From Azolla caroliniana (lineage: Eukaryota; Plantae; Polypodiophyta), in assembly GCA_043228905.1 (NCBI GenBank), contig JBHGNT010000012.1, positions 11,594,001-11,658,000 of the forward strand: a stretch of 64,000 nt of DNA. The letters run 5' to 3'. Numbering within the stretch: position 1 is the first letter of the stretch; each line of letters begins with the position of its first letter. The notes beneath the pieces were generated by a model, which saw only the letters and a list, made by a program, of their open reading frames with translations, was not told the DNA's origin and ran no database searches. The position numbers were made by a program, and so were the translations under genes. Shown here piece by piece: positions 20,765 through 33,396 of this stretch.

Positions 20765-23700
20765 ATGGACGAATCGTTTGGCGGCATGTTCAAGCTCACC
20801 GGCTCCAACTATTCAGTGTGGAAGTCAAAGATGAGGGACATGCTCGTGGTTAGAGACCTCTGGCTGCCGGTTCAGTTCGGGGACAAGAGAGCGGACAAAA
20901 TCGACGCCGGAATATGGGAGGTGATGCACATTAAGACAACGGCATACATACGGTGCTTCATCGACATGAGCCTGTACAACAACTTCAACGAGGAGAGCAA
21001 GGCTCATGAGCTCTGGGAGAAGATCGGCATAATGTTTCAAAACAAAAATGTTGTTAATCAGGTTTCGGTATTCCGGAAGCTAGTAAGACTCCGATACCAA
21101 GATGGCTCCAGCATGGCGGAGCACATGAATGCCTTCCAGGGGCTGATACACCAGGCAACATCATTGGAAGTACCTCTCGCCGACGAGGTACTAGCGCTAC
21201 TCCTGCTCGGTTCCCTCCCGAATAGCTGGGAGACGTTGGTTGTCACTTTGGGCAACGCCGGGCCGAAAGGAAAGCAGTTATCCCTAGCAAGAGTAAACTC
21301 GAGCTTGCTAGATGAGGACGCGCATCGGAAAGATAAAGATACGAGCTCCAACTCCAAAGCGCTCATTACCGAATCGGAATGCGGAAGACAAAGAAACCGT
21401 AGTCCCCAGAACCGGGAGAAGTCGGGGACACGGTCAAAGTCAAGGGGGAGGCCCACTTGCTTCTATTGCGGCAAGCCGGGTCACTTCCAAAAGAACTGTC
21501 GGCATTTCCATAAAGACAAGGAAACCAACGGTACCGATTCGAAGCGGACCCCGGAACGGAACGGTAAAGACTGGAAGGGGACGGACCGGAAGGGAACGAC
21601 GGCAATCGTGGCAAGTGAAGAAGAGTTTATGCTCATCACCGAGGAGAGTGAGATAAACCTTGCCGGCGACGAGATGACCTGGGTGGTAGACTCCGGAGCA
21701 TCGTTCAACCTTACCCCGGACCGGAAATGCTTCTCATCCTACTCAGCCGGTGACCACGACTGTGTCCGGACGGGGAATGAAGGTACATGCCGAATTGTCG
21801 GCATAGGAGACGTGTGGCTGTCAACACCAACCAGATGCAAGTTGCTGCTGAAGGATGTCTGACACGTTCCGGAGGTTCGTCTGAACCTGATATCAGCCGG
21901 TCGGCTAGATGATGAAGGCTACACGGGTAGCATCCGGAATGGTGTCATGAAGTTCAGCAAAGGGAGCCTGATTGTGGCTCGGGCCCGGAAGGTCAACACA
22001 CTGTACCTGATGAATGCCCGGTTATGTCCGGAAGAAGTGAACGTGGCATCTGACACTGCCGGTGAGCTGTGGCACAAGAGACTGTGTCATATGAGCGAGA
22101 AGGGGATGAAGAGGCTTGCAGACGACAACCTCATTCCAGTGAAGAACGTGCACTTGGAGAAGTGCACTGATTGTCTGGCCGGTAAACAAAACCGGACCTC
22201 CTTCTGACCAAGGCCACCAATGAGACATAATGCACCACTGGAGTTGGTGCATACGGATGTGTGTCAGGTAGACACAAAGTCACATGCCGGAGCGCAGTAC
22301 TTCGTGACGTTCATAGATGATCACAGCTGGAAGCTGTGGGCCACACCGTTGAAGACGAAGGATCAGGTGTTATCCGTCTTCAAAGAGCTCCACGCGAGAG
22401 TGGAAAGAGAAACCGGCCGGCAGCTGAAGGCGGTTCGAGCAGATAACGGAGGAGAATACCGGGGGCAGTTCGAGGAGTACTGCCGCTCGAAGGGAATCCG
22501 GCTCGAATTTACTGTGCCGAAGACGCCAGAACTAAACGGACTAGCCGAGAGGATGAACCGGACCATAATGGAGAGGGTCCGGAGTATGCTAGTGCATGCA
22601 AAACTTCCCAAGAAGTTTTGGGCTAAGGCATTGTCGACGGCGACATACGTGATAAACAGATCACCCTCAGTACCCTTGGACGGAGACACGCCACAAAGAG
22701 TATGGACCGGTAAGGAAGTATCCTACCGGCATCTGAAGGTGTTCGGGTGTCTCACGTACGTACATGTAGCAAAGGACCGGAGAGGAAAGTTAGATCCAAA
22801 GACCCGGCCATGCATATTCCTCGGTTACGGTGACGATGAGTTCGGCTACCGAGTGTGGGACCCGGTCGACAAGAAGGTATTCCAGAGTCGAGATATTATC
22901 TTCATGGAGGACAAGACGCTCGCCGACTGGGAGTCGGAGAAGAAGATAATGCACTCCGAGTCGACCAATAAGGACCGACTCTACGATGAGCAGACCCAAC
23001 CGGCGAGAGACCGGTTAGCACTCGAAGAACCAGCCGGATACGGTGAGGATACCGAACCGGCAGAAGAAGAGGTAGAGGAAGCCGAAACCGAAACCGGCCA
23101 AGACCCCGAATCGGATTCGGATGAAGAGCAGATGGAGGAGCCGGTCACCGAAGCCCAGAGACGGAGATATCCTCTCAGAGAGAGAAGGGCCCCCCGGAGA
23201 TTTCCGGATGCAGAGCATGTTCTACTGACCGATGAGGGGGAGCCGGAAAGCTTCAAAGAAGCGAAGGATGACACCCACAGCCGAAAATGGTTAAGTGCCA
23301 TGCAGGACGAGATGGATTCCCTGCATGAGAACCATACGTACGAATTGGTGGAGTTGCTGAAAGGAAAGCGGGCACTTCGAAACAAGTGGGTCTACAAGTT
23401 GAAACCGGGAGATGCCGGGAACCCCCCGAGATACAAAGCCAGGATCGTGGTGAAGGGGTTCCAGCAGAAGAAGGGCGTGGACTTCGACGAGATATTTGCC
23501 CCGGTAGTAAAGATGACCTCTATCCGGACGGTGCTGAGTATAGCGGCAAGCATGGACCTTGAGGTAGAGCAGCTGGACGTGAAGACGGCATTCCTTCACG
23601 GCGACCTCAAAGAGGAGATCTACATGCAGCAACCGGAAGGATTTGTGGAGAAAGGGAAGGAGCACCTGGTATGCCGGCTGAAGAAGAGCCTGTACGGACT

Positions 23701-24655
23701 AAAGCAGGCTCCCCGACAATGGTACCGGAAGTTCGATTCCTTCATGACCGATCAAGGGTACCACAAGACGCAGGCCGATCACTGTGTGTTTGTGAAGAAG
23801 TTCAAAGGAGGCGACTTCTTGATACTCCTCCTGTACGTGGATGACATGTTGATCGTTGGACGTGACCAAGTCAAAATACGGATGCTGAAGAAGGCTCTCA
23901 ACCGGACCTTCTCAATGAAAGACTTGGGTCCGGCAAGACAGATGCTGGGGATGCACATCATTCGAGACCGGTCAAAGAAGCAATTATGGTTGTCACAGGA
24001 GAAGTACGTGACAAAGGTGCTTCACCGGTTCAACATGTCAGAAGCAAAACCGGTCGGATCGACACTTCCGGCAAACTGCAGGCTATCCGGTAAGCAAAGC
24101 CCGAAGACGAAAGCAGAGAAGGCGGATATGATGAAGATTCCATATGCCTCTGTCGTCGGGAGCTTGATGTACGCAATGGTTTGTACCCGACCGGACATAG
24201 GATACGCAGTCGGAGTGGTGAGCCGGTTCATGAGCAATCCCAGCAAGGAGCACTGGAACGCGGTCAAATGGATACTCCGGTATTTGAAGGGCACTTCAAA
24301 CATGTGTCTCTGATTCGGCTCCGGGAAACCTCAACTTGACGGTTTTACCGATTCAGACATGTCAGCTGATGTGGATACCAGCTGGTCTACATCCGGGTAT
24401 GTAATGACATATGCAAGGGGAGTTGTTTCGTGGCAGTCGAGGCTGCAGAAGACGATTGCATTGTCAACCACAGAGGCGGAGTACATGGCGGCTGCGGAAG
24501 CCGGTAAGGAAATATTATGGATGACGGACTTCATCGGAGAGCTCGGTATCCGGCAAGAGGAATACCGACTCTATTGCGACAGTCAAAGTGCCATCCACCT
24601 TGCTAAGAATGCGGCCTACCATTCTCGGACGAAGCATATCCAGCGAAGATATCAT
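20765..24655 (+). pseudogene. Ty1/copia gag-pol (Tnt1-like), one frame broken by 3 stops, truncated in RNase H, no 3' LTR
   Basis: CFYCGKPGHFQKNC, WVVDSGAS, LWHKRLCH, RADNGGEY, QLDVKTAFLHG, LYVDDML, ALSTTEAEY; ORF pieces starting at 20765, 21947, 22220 and 24359 share a frame; homology stops at HIQRRYH. Confidence 0.93.
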
Positions 24656-24959
24656 TCTCACTGAAGTGATTCAAGACTCGATTGTGGCTGAGCAATATTC
24701 CACGCTATTCTCTACAACCGGAACTCCATCGGTCTTCTCTCACGATCGGAAATTCCTTGATCGGATTACTGCTCGATGATTGATAACTTCGATCGGAGCT
24801 GGCTTGACACAAACCTTCTCGTTCAGTCAACATAATCGCACGATTAAATCCACTGTGGTACCGTCATTTAGGTTTATCGATAATTGTGGGTGTGTATATA
24901 TAGATATAGATATGTTCTTTTTCCTTGGTATGTGTAGTGATGAGTTGTGTTTCCGAAAA

Positions 24960-25090
24960 TTTATGTCCTACCCCTCAAGTTTTTTTCTAAAATTATATTA
25001 AGTACCCTCCAATTTTAGAAATCTCGTGTCCTACCCTTCTATTTCCAAAATTTGTTTGTGTGTCCTCGAGTTTTTGAAATTTTCCTTTCT
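24960..25090. repeat. Possible Mutator-like terminal/subterminal repeat (spaced TACCC motifs in AT-rich DNA)
   Basis: Spaced TACCC(C/T) motifs; similar reverse-oriented AAGGG(T/C)A arrays at about 43050-43170 and 63880-63990. No TSD or transposase seen. Confidence 0.25.
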
Positions 25091-25692
25091 GCCCCATTCT
25101 CTTTCTCTCTTGCTTTCTTGTTCATCCTTTGTTCTCCTCTCCATCTTCTTCGACTAGTATTTTGGCAACGATTGCGGCGACGATTGCGGCGGCAGCTGCG
25201 ATGACCAAGTGGCCCCACAAAATTCTCTTATAGGGAGCTAAAGAAAGCCACCAAATGGTTTAGCGAAGAGAACACAAGCTTGTTTGAGCAAGAAGTCATA
25301 AAAGAAAGGGACTGCTTTGCTGCTTTCTCCTCTCTATTGTCACCTTCTTGTACTTGGGAATCCAAATTTGACGTGATGATTTGCACATTTATTAAGAAAA
25401 TATTATTCATCAATCTTTATATTATCAAGTTCCCTATATCCGTAGAGATGGAGATCTCTATCATTCTAAACATGGTATCCTTCTTTTTCTTTTTCAACAC
25501 TTACACCTTCAAACAAGATCTCCAAAACCATGGCAAGCTTCATCCAATAAACTTTTCTATAAACAAATTGGCCAATGCTAAAATGTTGGAGATCAAGTTG
25601 AAGAAAGCCATTGAAGCCTCTAGCAGTTAGCAATGGTTTCTTCTTGCTAATGTTCCATATACCAAAATTTCATATGAAAAGCTTTCTTTAGC

Positions 25693-25795
25693 TGTCCTTC
25701 AGATTTGATTGTCCAATGAGCTTTTCATAAACAAGATTTGTCCATCTTTAGGTGTTCTTCAGATTTGACTGTCCCATGAACTTTTCATAAACAAG
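25693..25795. repeat. Two-copy direct repeat, 60-bp period
   Basis: GT(C/T)CTTCAGATTTGA(T/C)TGTCC(A/C)ATGA(G/A)CTTTTCATAAACAAG occurs twice. Confidence 0.8.
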
Positions 25796-26179
25796 TTGAG
25801 ATGTGGCCAGATCGACAAGGGCATACGATCTATTTAAACATTGTGATATCAGTCGAGTTCCTTCTACCTGGTCTCTCTCTAGAGAGGAGGAGGGAACAAA
25901 GAATCACCTTCTTCTATATTCCACTCTCTTCTTTCCTCCACCTCTCTTCCCCTTTCCTTCATGTATTTAATTAAGAAAGCACAAAATTTCATAAATGACC
26001 CTATGATTTGCCCACAAAAAACTAGCTAAACAAATAGCTAAATACCTATGGCCATTTTAGCATCTACCTAGCTATAATAGTGTTTCCACTCGAATGCTTT
26101 CGCCCTTATCTGCTATTGTAGTGCCACTACATAGCTCGTGTCTAAGGAAGAAGAAGACAAAGAAGGAAATCTTAATTGA

Positions 26180-28285
26180 CATAATGAATACTCAAATGGG
26201 TAACTCTCTCCTTAGAGAGAAGTTGGACTGAAACAACTTTGCATCTTGGGAGTACAAGATGCACCAATACTTTGTCGGCCAAACTTATTGACGCTACATC
26301 AAAGGAGCTAAAGAAAACAAACCCGACCCAAAAGAAGTCAACTACTCAACATTGAAGCAAGCGTCTAGTCGAGTAATGTATGGCTTGGTGACATGTGTCC
26401 ATTCGACTACATTCGAGAAGCCAAGATGCCGAAGGAAGCGTGGAAGAATGTAAGGAAGATTTTTGCGACCAACACAACTGCAAGAAAGCTTCAACTCCAC
26501 CAAGAGTTGAACAACATCCAAGAAAGGGACATATCCATCACAAACGACACCTTGAAGATCAAGAAGCTTTGTGATTCTCTCAACTCAATAAGTGTCAATG
26601 TGGAGGATGATGAGATGGCGGAAATATGCCTAGGCGAACTCGCACCACGTTTCGACGCAATGAGAACCACCATCCTAACAAGAGAGAATCCTCTCACTTT
26701 CTTCGATCTTCAATCAATGTTGTTGGTTGAAGAAAACCATGTTCGAACAAGGGGCAACACCTCGAAAGGCCACATGATCTACACACACTCAAACGGAGGA
26801 AGAGGATGCGATCATGCAAGAAGAGGTCGATTCAACTAAGGATGAGGCAAATGAGCTTCGACCTATGAAAACAACTCCCATTACTAACAAGACCGTGAAA
26901 ACTCAAGAGGAATGTTCGAAAGAAGGGGGAGCTTCCATGTCGGTCCAAGCCGACAAAATAACCCCATCAAATGTGGATATTGTGGCAAAATCGGCCACCA
27001 TGAAGAGGAGTGTCGAAAGAAAAAGAGTGAGTCAACTTCTACAAGTCGGCAACTCACCAATTATGCCACCAATGCCGAATACAACAACTATGGTGGATTA
27101 TTCGTAATGAGACATAGAGCGAACTCTATGTTGGCCTCCGGCCCAACCAACAACTCAACACCTCTAATCCGGAAGATGTATGGTTTGTCAACTCCGGCAC
27201 ATCAAACCATATGACGTCACATCAAGAATGGTTCCGAGACCTACAAGAGCTAGATCATCCCGGCTATGTCCCATTCGAGAAAGAAGGCAAAGAAACTTGC
27301 ATCAAAAACGTCTTGCATGTACCGACCATAATGAAGAATTTGGTCTTGGTCGGCCAAATTGTTGAGCAAGGCATGCAAGTCCCATTCAACCAAGGTGGTT
27401 GCTTCATTGAGAAGGAAGGCAGAAGCATAGCTCGTGGTCGAAGGGAAGGCAGAATGTTTATTCTCGGGTCGAACAAGGTAAAATTGGCCATGTTCGCAAA
27501 GGACCATAAAGTCGCCACCAATATAAAGCTATGGCATAAAGGAATCGACCATATCAACCTTCAAAAGCTCAAGGGGATGCAATAAAAAGGAGTCATCATT
27601 GAACTCCCTACATTGAAAGAGAAAAAGATTGAAGGTGTATGTGAAGCTTGCCAATTCAACAACAGCATCGACACCTATTTCCAAAAGAACAAAACGTGAG
27701 CAAATGCCTCCTAGATGTGATCCACTCATACGTTGTGGACCAACATAGACGACAACATTCGGAGGATGCCGATACTAATTCACCTTTATCAATGACTTCT
27801 CCAACCACACATAGATCTTTCCCATGAGGCAAAAGAGTGAAGTGTTTACACACTTCCAAAAATTCAAAAGCGACGTCGAAAAGACAACCGCTCGACATGT
27901 ACAATGTCTTCGGTCAAATGGAGCTAAGGAATACTTCTCCAATGCATTCCCGGTATACCTTCAACAAGGAATCCAACGAGAATTTTCATGTCGAAATACA
28001 CAACAAAATGGATTAGGTGAACGAAAGAATAAGCATATCCTCAAAGTAGCACGGACCATGCTTAACAAAAGGCACATTCTAAAGTCTTATTGGGCCAAAA
28101 CAACATGCAAAGCCGTCTATCTAATGAACCGATGTACGACATCTAGTGTGCACAAACTTACCCCTCACGAGAAGTAATATGGAAAGAAGTCGAAGCTATC
28201 CATGGAAAGATATTCGGCTCTATTGCATACGCGCACATCCTCGACGAAAAGGGGCAAAAGTTAGATCCCAAAGTAGAAGAAATGT
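26180..28285 (+). pseudogene. Degenerate Ty1/copia gag, protease and integrase
   Basis: CGYCGKIGHHEEEC, NVLHVP, LWHKGIDH, CLRSNGAKEY, QQNGLGERKN; many stops and frameshifts; RT absent. Confidence 0.88.
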
Positions 28286-28289
28286 ATGA

Positions 28290-28655
28290 GGTTCCACATT
28301 CCCATGACACATGAGCTTCTATAGTTAATATAGAGAGACTGGGCGTTTGAATGTAGAGAGAGGGTGACTTTATATAAAGCACCCTCCTTGCTTTGTATTG
28401 ATTGGTTGTTTTCTATTGTATTTCTTACTCCTTGTTAATATACATCTTGAGTATTCTATTTTCCTATCTACCTTGTGTCTCCAACACACTTGTGCCTCTT
28501 CTCTTTCACACACACACATAACACACATCTCCTTGTTAATATATATATCTTGAGTATTCTATTTTCCTATCTATCTTGTGTCTCCAACACACTTGTGTCT
28601 CTTCTCTCTTTCACACACACACATAACACACATCTCTAATCTATTTCGCATAACA
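28290..28655 (+). repeat. Partial Copia LTR with an internal ~100-bp tandem duplication
   Basis: TATATAAAGCACCCTCCT..TTGTATTGA is shared with the LTRs at 35277 and 38668; 28428-28530 is repeated at about 28529-28635. Confidence 0.7.
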
Positions 28656-29280
28656 TAATTACTCTAGCTAATTATTTGCACCAAAGAATACACATCCAAT
28701 ATCAATTCTGTGTACTAATATTGGGAGGTACCAAGATTTTTCCAAGCTTTTGCATTGCTAATTGTAAGATAGGCCACACTCATAAATATTTGTACTCTAC
28801 CTGAACCCAAATGAGACAATCGTGCGTCAATATACCGTGTTACTCCACTGGCAACCCCTAAGAAACAACATGAATCAAACTTCTTTTGTTAAAAAGATGC
28901 AATTTATGGAGAAATTTGTCTTTATGCTCTTGATTACAATTGAAATGAACATATTGAACAAAATCATCTCGAAAAACCCCACATAAGCATTAATTTACCC
29001 TCTTAAGACAATATGATAAGGAATTAGCATATGACCATTTGGAAAACATTATGCTAACCATTAGTTAACCCATGGAAAATAATATGACCCCGGTATTAAT
29101 TAACACTAGGATAGAGTAGTAATTCATGTCAGAAGTGTTTGGATATTTAGCGAGAATTGAATGATAATGCATCACGATTTGGTTGGCCTGGCCTAACAAA
29201 GGCAGCAGCAACCAATCCTCCATCAGATAACGCATGCGTTGTTACAGCACCAACAGTTGAATGTTCTGCTTTTTAATTAT

Positions 29281-31050
29281 TTACACACACACACACACCA
29301 ACAGTGTGTTCATGGAACCATCGGAAGCACCGCTAATAATTCCACCTTCATTCAACACAGCTTTTAGGTAATGAATGGCTTCTCGACTGATCTTCTCACC
29401 TGGCACAAGAACAGGGATACCTGGAGGGTAGGGGCATATAAGTTCACAGCAAACTCTCCCACATGCAAGTTCTGTGTCCACCCTCTCACTGGGAGAAAAG
29501 AAAGCATCCCTAGGACTCCATCTTTCTTCTGATAATGACCATGATTCGAATGTGGGGAGGCATACAGGAACTTTACTTTGGGATTCCCCTGAGTTGGACT
29601 TGGCGATGGAAACAAATGCTTCGATAAGCCTAGTAATGTCTTGAGATATTGTGCCTAGGCTTATTGCGAAGGTGATGGAGCGGAGTGACGGGAGCTCAGC
29701 GACTACATGATGCTCAAGACGAAGCTTCTCATCGACTTCAAATCCTGATAGCCCTAAACCCCAGACACCCACAGTTATTCGGAGAGGATCCACTGCAACT
29801 GCATCATCAAAACTTATATTCCTTATGTCTAAAACCTTTAGCCCTTTGATCTGACTCAGTCCATCTCTTACCTCTTTCGCATATTGCAAAGCCCTTGAAA
29901 ACCCAGCCCTACCATGCATGCTTGCTTGTTGCCTCGAGGCATCCAATGAAGTGAGAAGAAGATAGCTTGGGCTTGAACTCTGCAATGTTTGCAAGCATTT
30001 GGCCAAGAAATCCCTGTTCACCCTATCCCCTTGCACATGAAGCATAGCCGATTGAGTGAGGGAGGTGAGAACCTTGTGTGTAGACTGAACAACAACATCC
30101 GCACCTTGCTGTATGGCAGATTCTGGGAGGTTATCATGGAAGCAGAAATGGGCTCCGTGAGCTTCATCTACGATAAGAGGCACATTGTAACTATGGCAAA
30201 TCTCAGCTATCCTCCGCACATCACTACACACACCATAGTATGTGGGCGAAGTTATAAGGACAGCACCAACCTTAGTCTTAAGTTTACCCCCAGTGAGGTT
30301 TGCAAAAGCTTGTGATAAATCATGGGGTCTGATACCATGTGCAATATCCCAATGGGGATCATAAGAAGGCATTATATATGCTGGTTGCGTGCCAGAGAGG
30401 ATCATGCCCGAAATCGCGCACATATGAGAGTTTCTTGGGAGGATTAGGGTTTGACCAAGGGAGCATGTGGCCATGATCGCAGCTTGAATACCACACGTGG
30501 ATCCATTGACGAGGAAGAAGGATGATTCAGAACCAAAGAGACATGCAGCCATTTGTTGAGCGTTGGCGATGGCAGCTTGGGGGTTGAAGAGATTATCTAG
30601 TTCAGGAAGTTCGGGGAGATCGTGAGCGAACACAGGATGGCCAAGTAAGTGAGAGAGCGAATCCGGAGCTCCAGTGCCACGCCGGTGGCCTGGGAAGTGA
30701 AAGGATGCAAGTCCCTCTTGCGATGCACAAGCAAATAAGGCTTCCACTAGAGGTGCACCTGATGTTATGCAACTGCTCAATCTCTCATTACTTACTTCTT
30801 CTGGACTTGCTGATTCTGATTCTGATTCTGATTCTGATTCTGATTCTGATTCCTCATGGACATGGCGGATGTGGCAAGATGCCGCACAGACAATGAGAAT
30901 GGGCGGCTTCTGCTTCCAAGGTAGTAGTATGGCATGCGAAGGCCGCCATCGGAGTGGGAGTGGGAGAGGAAGTGGTCGGGGGAACAGAGTAGGAAGAGGA
31001 ACAGCAGCAGCATACTCCATCGGAACGAAGGAAGGGAAGGAAGAAGGCAT
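29281..31050 (-). CDS. PLP-dependent Orn/Lys/Arg decarboxylase (fold type I), 589 aa, probable plastid transit peptide, apparently intronless
   Basis: FHFPGH, DLPELPELDNL, FLVNGSTCG, PRNSH, ITSPTYYG, VDEAHGAH, QSTHK (PLP lysine), SSSPSY, DPLRIT, PYPPGIP motifs. Start most likely ATG 31050 or 31020; the longer ORF-track N-terminus is low-complexity. Confidence 0.92.
   Translation of the reverse strand: MPSSFPSFVPMEYAAAVPLPTLFPRPLPLPLPLRWRPSHAILLPWKQKPPILIVCAASCHIRHVHEESESESESESESESASPEEVSNERLSSCITSGAPLVEALFACASQEGLASFHFPGHRRGTGAPDSLSHLLGHPVFAHDLPELPELDNLFNPQAAIANAQQMAACLFGSESSFFLVNGSTCGIQAAIMATCSLGQTLILPRNSHMCAISGMILSGTQPAYIMPSYDPHWDIAHGIRPHDLSQAFANLTGGKLKTKVGAVLITSPTYYGVCSDVRRIAEICHSYNVPLIVDEAHGAHFCFHDNLPESAIQQGADVVVQSTHKVLTSLTQSAMLHVQGDRVNRDFLAKCLQTLQSSSPSYLLLTSLDASRQQASMHGRAGFSRALQYAKEVRDGLSQIKGLKVLDIRNISFDDAVAVDPLRITVGVWGLGLSGFEVDEKLRLEHHVVAELPSLRSITFAISLGTISQDITRLIEAFVSIAKSNSGESQSKVPVCLPTFESWSLSEERWSPRDAFFSPSERVDTELACGRVCCELICPYPPGIPVLVPGEKISREAIHYLKAVLNEGGIISGASDGSMNTLLVCVCV
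30811..30852 (-). repeat. (GAATCA)7 coding microsatellite giving an (ES)7 linker
   Basis: TGATTC x7 on the plus strand. Confidence 0.95.
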
Positions 31051-31204
31051 GAGCTTTTCTTGATCACACATAGATACGTATATGTACATACATGTATTGT
31101 ATGAATAGACATTTAAATACATACATAATGTATGTAAATATGTGGTGCACTCAAAGATTTCCAACCGGAAACCACTCCCACCAAAGGGAGAGAGGACGGA
31201 CCCT

Positions 31205-31560
31205 AGGAGCCCCAATCCAAATTGGGAGAAGCACAAGGAAGCATAATCAAAGTTGGGACAAGGCCAGGGTGTCCCAACTTGAGTTCAAGTTGGGACAATC
31301 TCAAAAGTGTTTAGGGGCCAAGACCCCCAATTGAAATTGGGAGAAGCACAAGGAGGCATAATCAAAGTTAGGACAAGGCCACACAATCCCAAACTTGAGT
31401 TGGGATAGTCTCAAAAGGGTTTCGGGTTTATGGTTCCAACCCTAAACCCCTGTGCTCAGTCCCAATCCAAGTTGGAACCCAAGAAAAGAACTAGTGCCAA
31501 TCACAGTGCCAGTCTCAAAAGGGGCACCACCCTTGAGTTGGGACAACTCGGTCCCAACAG
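31205..31560. repeat. Cluster of GTTGGGAC/GTCCCAA motifs with a ~115-bp-period duplication, upstream of the decarboxylase
   Basis: AAATTGGGAGAAGCACAAGGA.GCATAATCAAAGTT.GGACAAGGCC occurs twice; the motif is repeated in both orientations. Confidence 0.6.
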
Positions 31561-31659
31561 GCAGTACCAAGGGACTGTCCTAACGGCCATATTTGGCCTA
31601 CAAAAAGAGGACCACGCCTCATTTGGTGCTCATTCCCTGATATACCACTTTCTAAGAAG

Positions 31660-31694
<35 letters not shown>

Positions 31695-33017
31695 TCTCTC
31701 TCCCCTAAATCATCTTCTTGGCTCAATCTATTCTAGTCCTAATCATGGACTTAGTGTAACCAGTAGGCCATTAGAGGCCTACTATCCTAGCCTAGTACGT
31801 AGGCATATTTTTAGGAGTTAGTGTCAGTTGTTCATACGAGCATTGAGCATTGAAGTACATGTCAGTACGTCTATCAATCCTTTTAAGGACTTGTATAAAA
31901 GTGCTCAATAAGCACATTGTATGTACAGAGTGTTCATTATTTTGGAATTGAGGTTTTGTTGTCTTGCTCTCTCTCTCTCACACACACCTACTCTGTGTAT
32001 TCCATTCTCTGTGTTTTCTGTTGGTATCCGGTTGAGCCAGTTGTGGTCTGGTTAGTTTTCGTGTTATCTTTACATGGTATCAAAGAACAGACAAAAACCT
32101 AAAACCCGATAAGAACAGACTAGATGAGAAATGGACAGAGCTATAGGAAGCTCGACAGAAACAACTACGCATCTTGGTCATACAAGATGCACCAATATCT
32201 GTTAGGATATTCCGTCTTGGGAACCGTTGGCAAGCAAGGTTCTCTACTACTTTGCATCCAGTGTCAGTGACAACTATTGAGCTACATCCGGGATGCCAAG
32301 ACACCAAAGGAAGCTTGGGGAAATGTGAAGAACATTTTCGCCGCAAGCACCACAACCAAAAAGTTTCAACTCAAGCAGGAATTGAGCAACGTCTAATAAA
32401 GAGACATGTTTGTGGCTGACTACACCTCCCGGATCAAGGACATCAACGACTCTCTCATCTCCATCAACGTGAGCATCGAGGAGGACAAAATGGTGCAGGT
32501 CTGTCTCAGAGGATTGGCACAGAAGTTCGGATCATTCCGAACGACGATCTACACGACAGAGAATGCGTCGTCATTCTTCGAGTTGCAATCAATGCTTCTC
32601 GTTGAAGAGAACCACGCGGGTGCGTCAACAAGTACGCACACTGACAACAAGATGTTGTACACAAAGGAAGATAGGCCTCATAGTCGTGGTGGACGAGGCG
32701 GGTTGGCATGTAATGGAGGCGTTCGACACGAGAAAAACCGAAGGCATAATCGAAATGCCAACAAAAATTCCGAAGCCTTCGGAAACAGGGGGAGTCAAGG
32801 CGGTGCAGGAAACCGGCAAGCAAAGCTTGCACTATGCTGGAGGATTGGAGGGATCCGAAACCAAACCGGAAATGGATAATGCATAGCCTTTGTGATGAAG
32901 CACAAAGCAAACTCGATGAAGAAGAACACCTCTCAATAGAATGAGGTGTGGTACGTTGATTTGGGTGCATCAAATCACATGACGAGCCATGAAGAATGGT
33001 TCTCATATCTAGAGAAA

Positions 33018-33152
33018 CCGAAGCAACTGAGATTGGTTGAAATTGGAGACGACACTCCGTACCCAACCGAACATGTGGATGAAGTTCCGAAGCAACTGAG
33101 ATTGGTTGAAATTGGAGACGACACTCCGTACCCAACCGAACATGTGGATGAA
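33018..33152 (+). repeat. 69-bp in-frame tandem duplication in the Copia A protease region
   Basis: PKQLRLVEIGDDTPYPTEHVDE occurs twice. Confidence 0.9.
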
Positions 33153-33396
33153 CATGTCGGACAGAAGGGAGAACTCATGAACGTGTTGCACGTCCCGACA
33201 ATAACAAAGAACTTGGTGTCGGTCGGGCCGACCGTCGATTGGGGGGTTGCAAGTTCGATTCACACATCTTGGGTGCTTCATTGAGGAAGAGGGCCAAGTT
33301 ATTGCGCGTGCCAGGACAGGAGGATGTTCATCCTCGACGCCAATGAAGTCAGAATCGCGATGTTTCCAAAAGGGCAAAACGTTGAGTTGAATATCG

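Noticed and set aside
31051-31236. Extended N-terminus of the decarboxylase (651-aa ORF)
   Set aside because: It uses a non-ATG start and crosses TA/CA low-complexity and repeat sequence; more likely UTR or intron.
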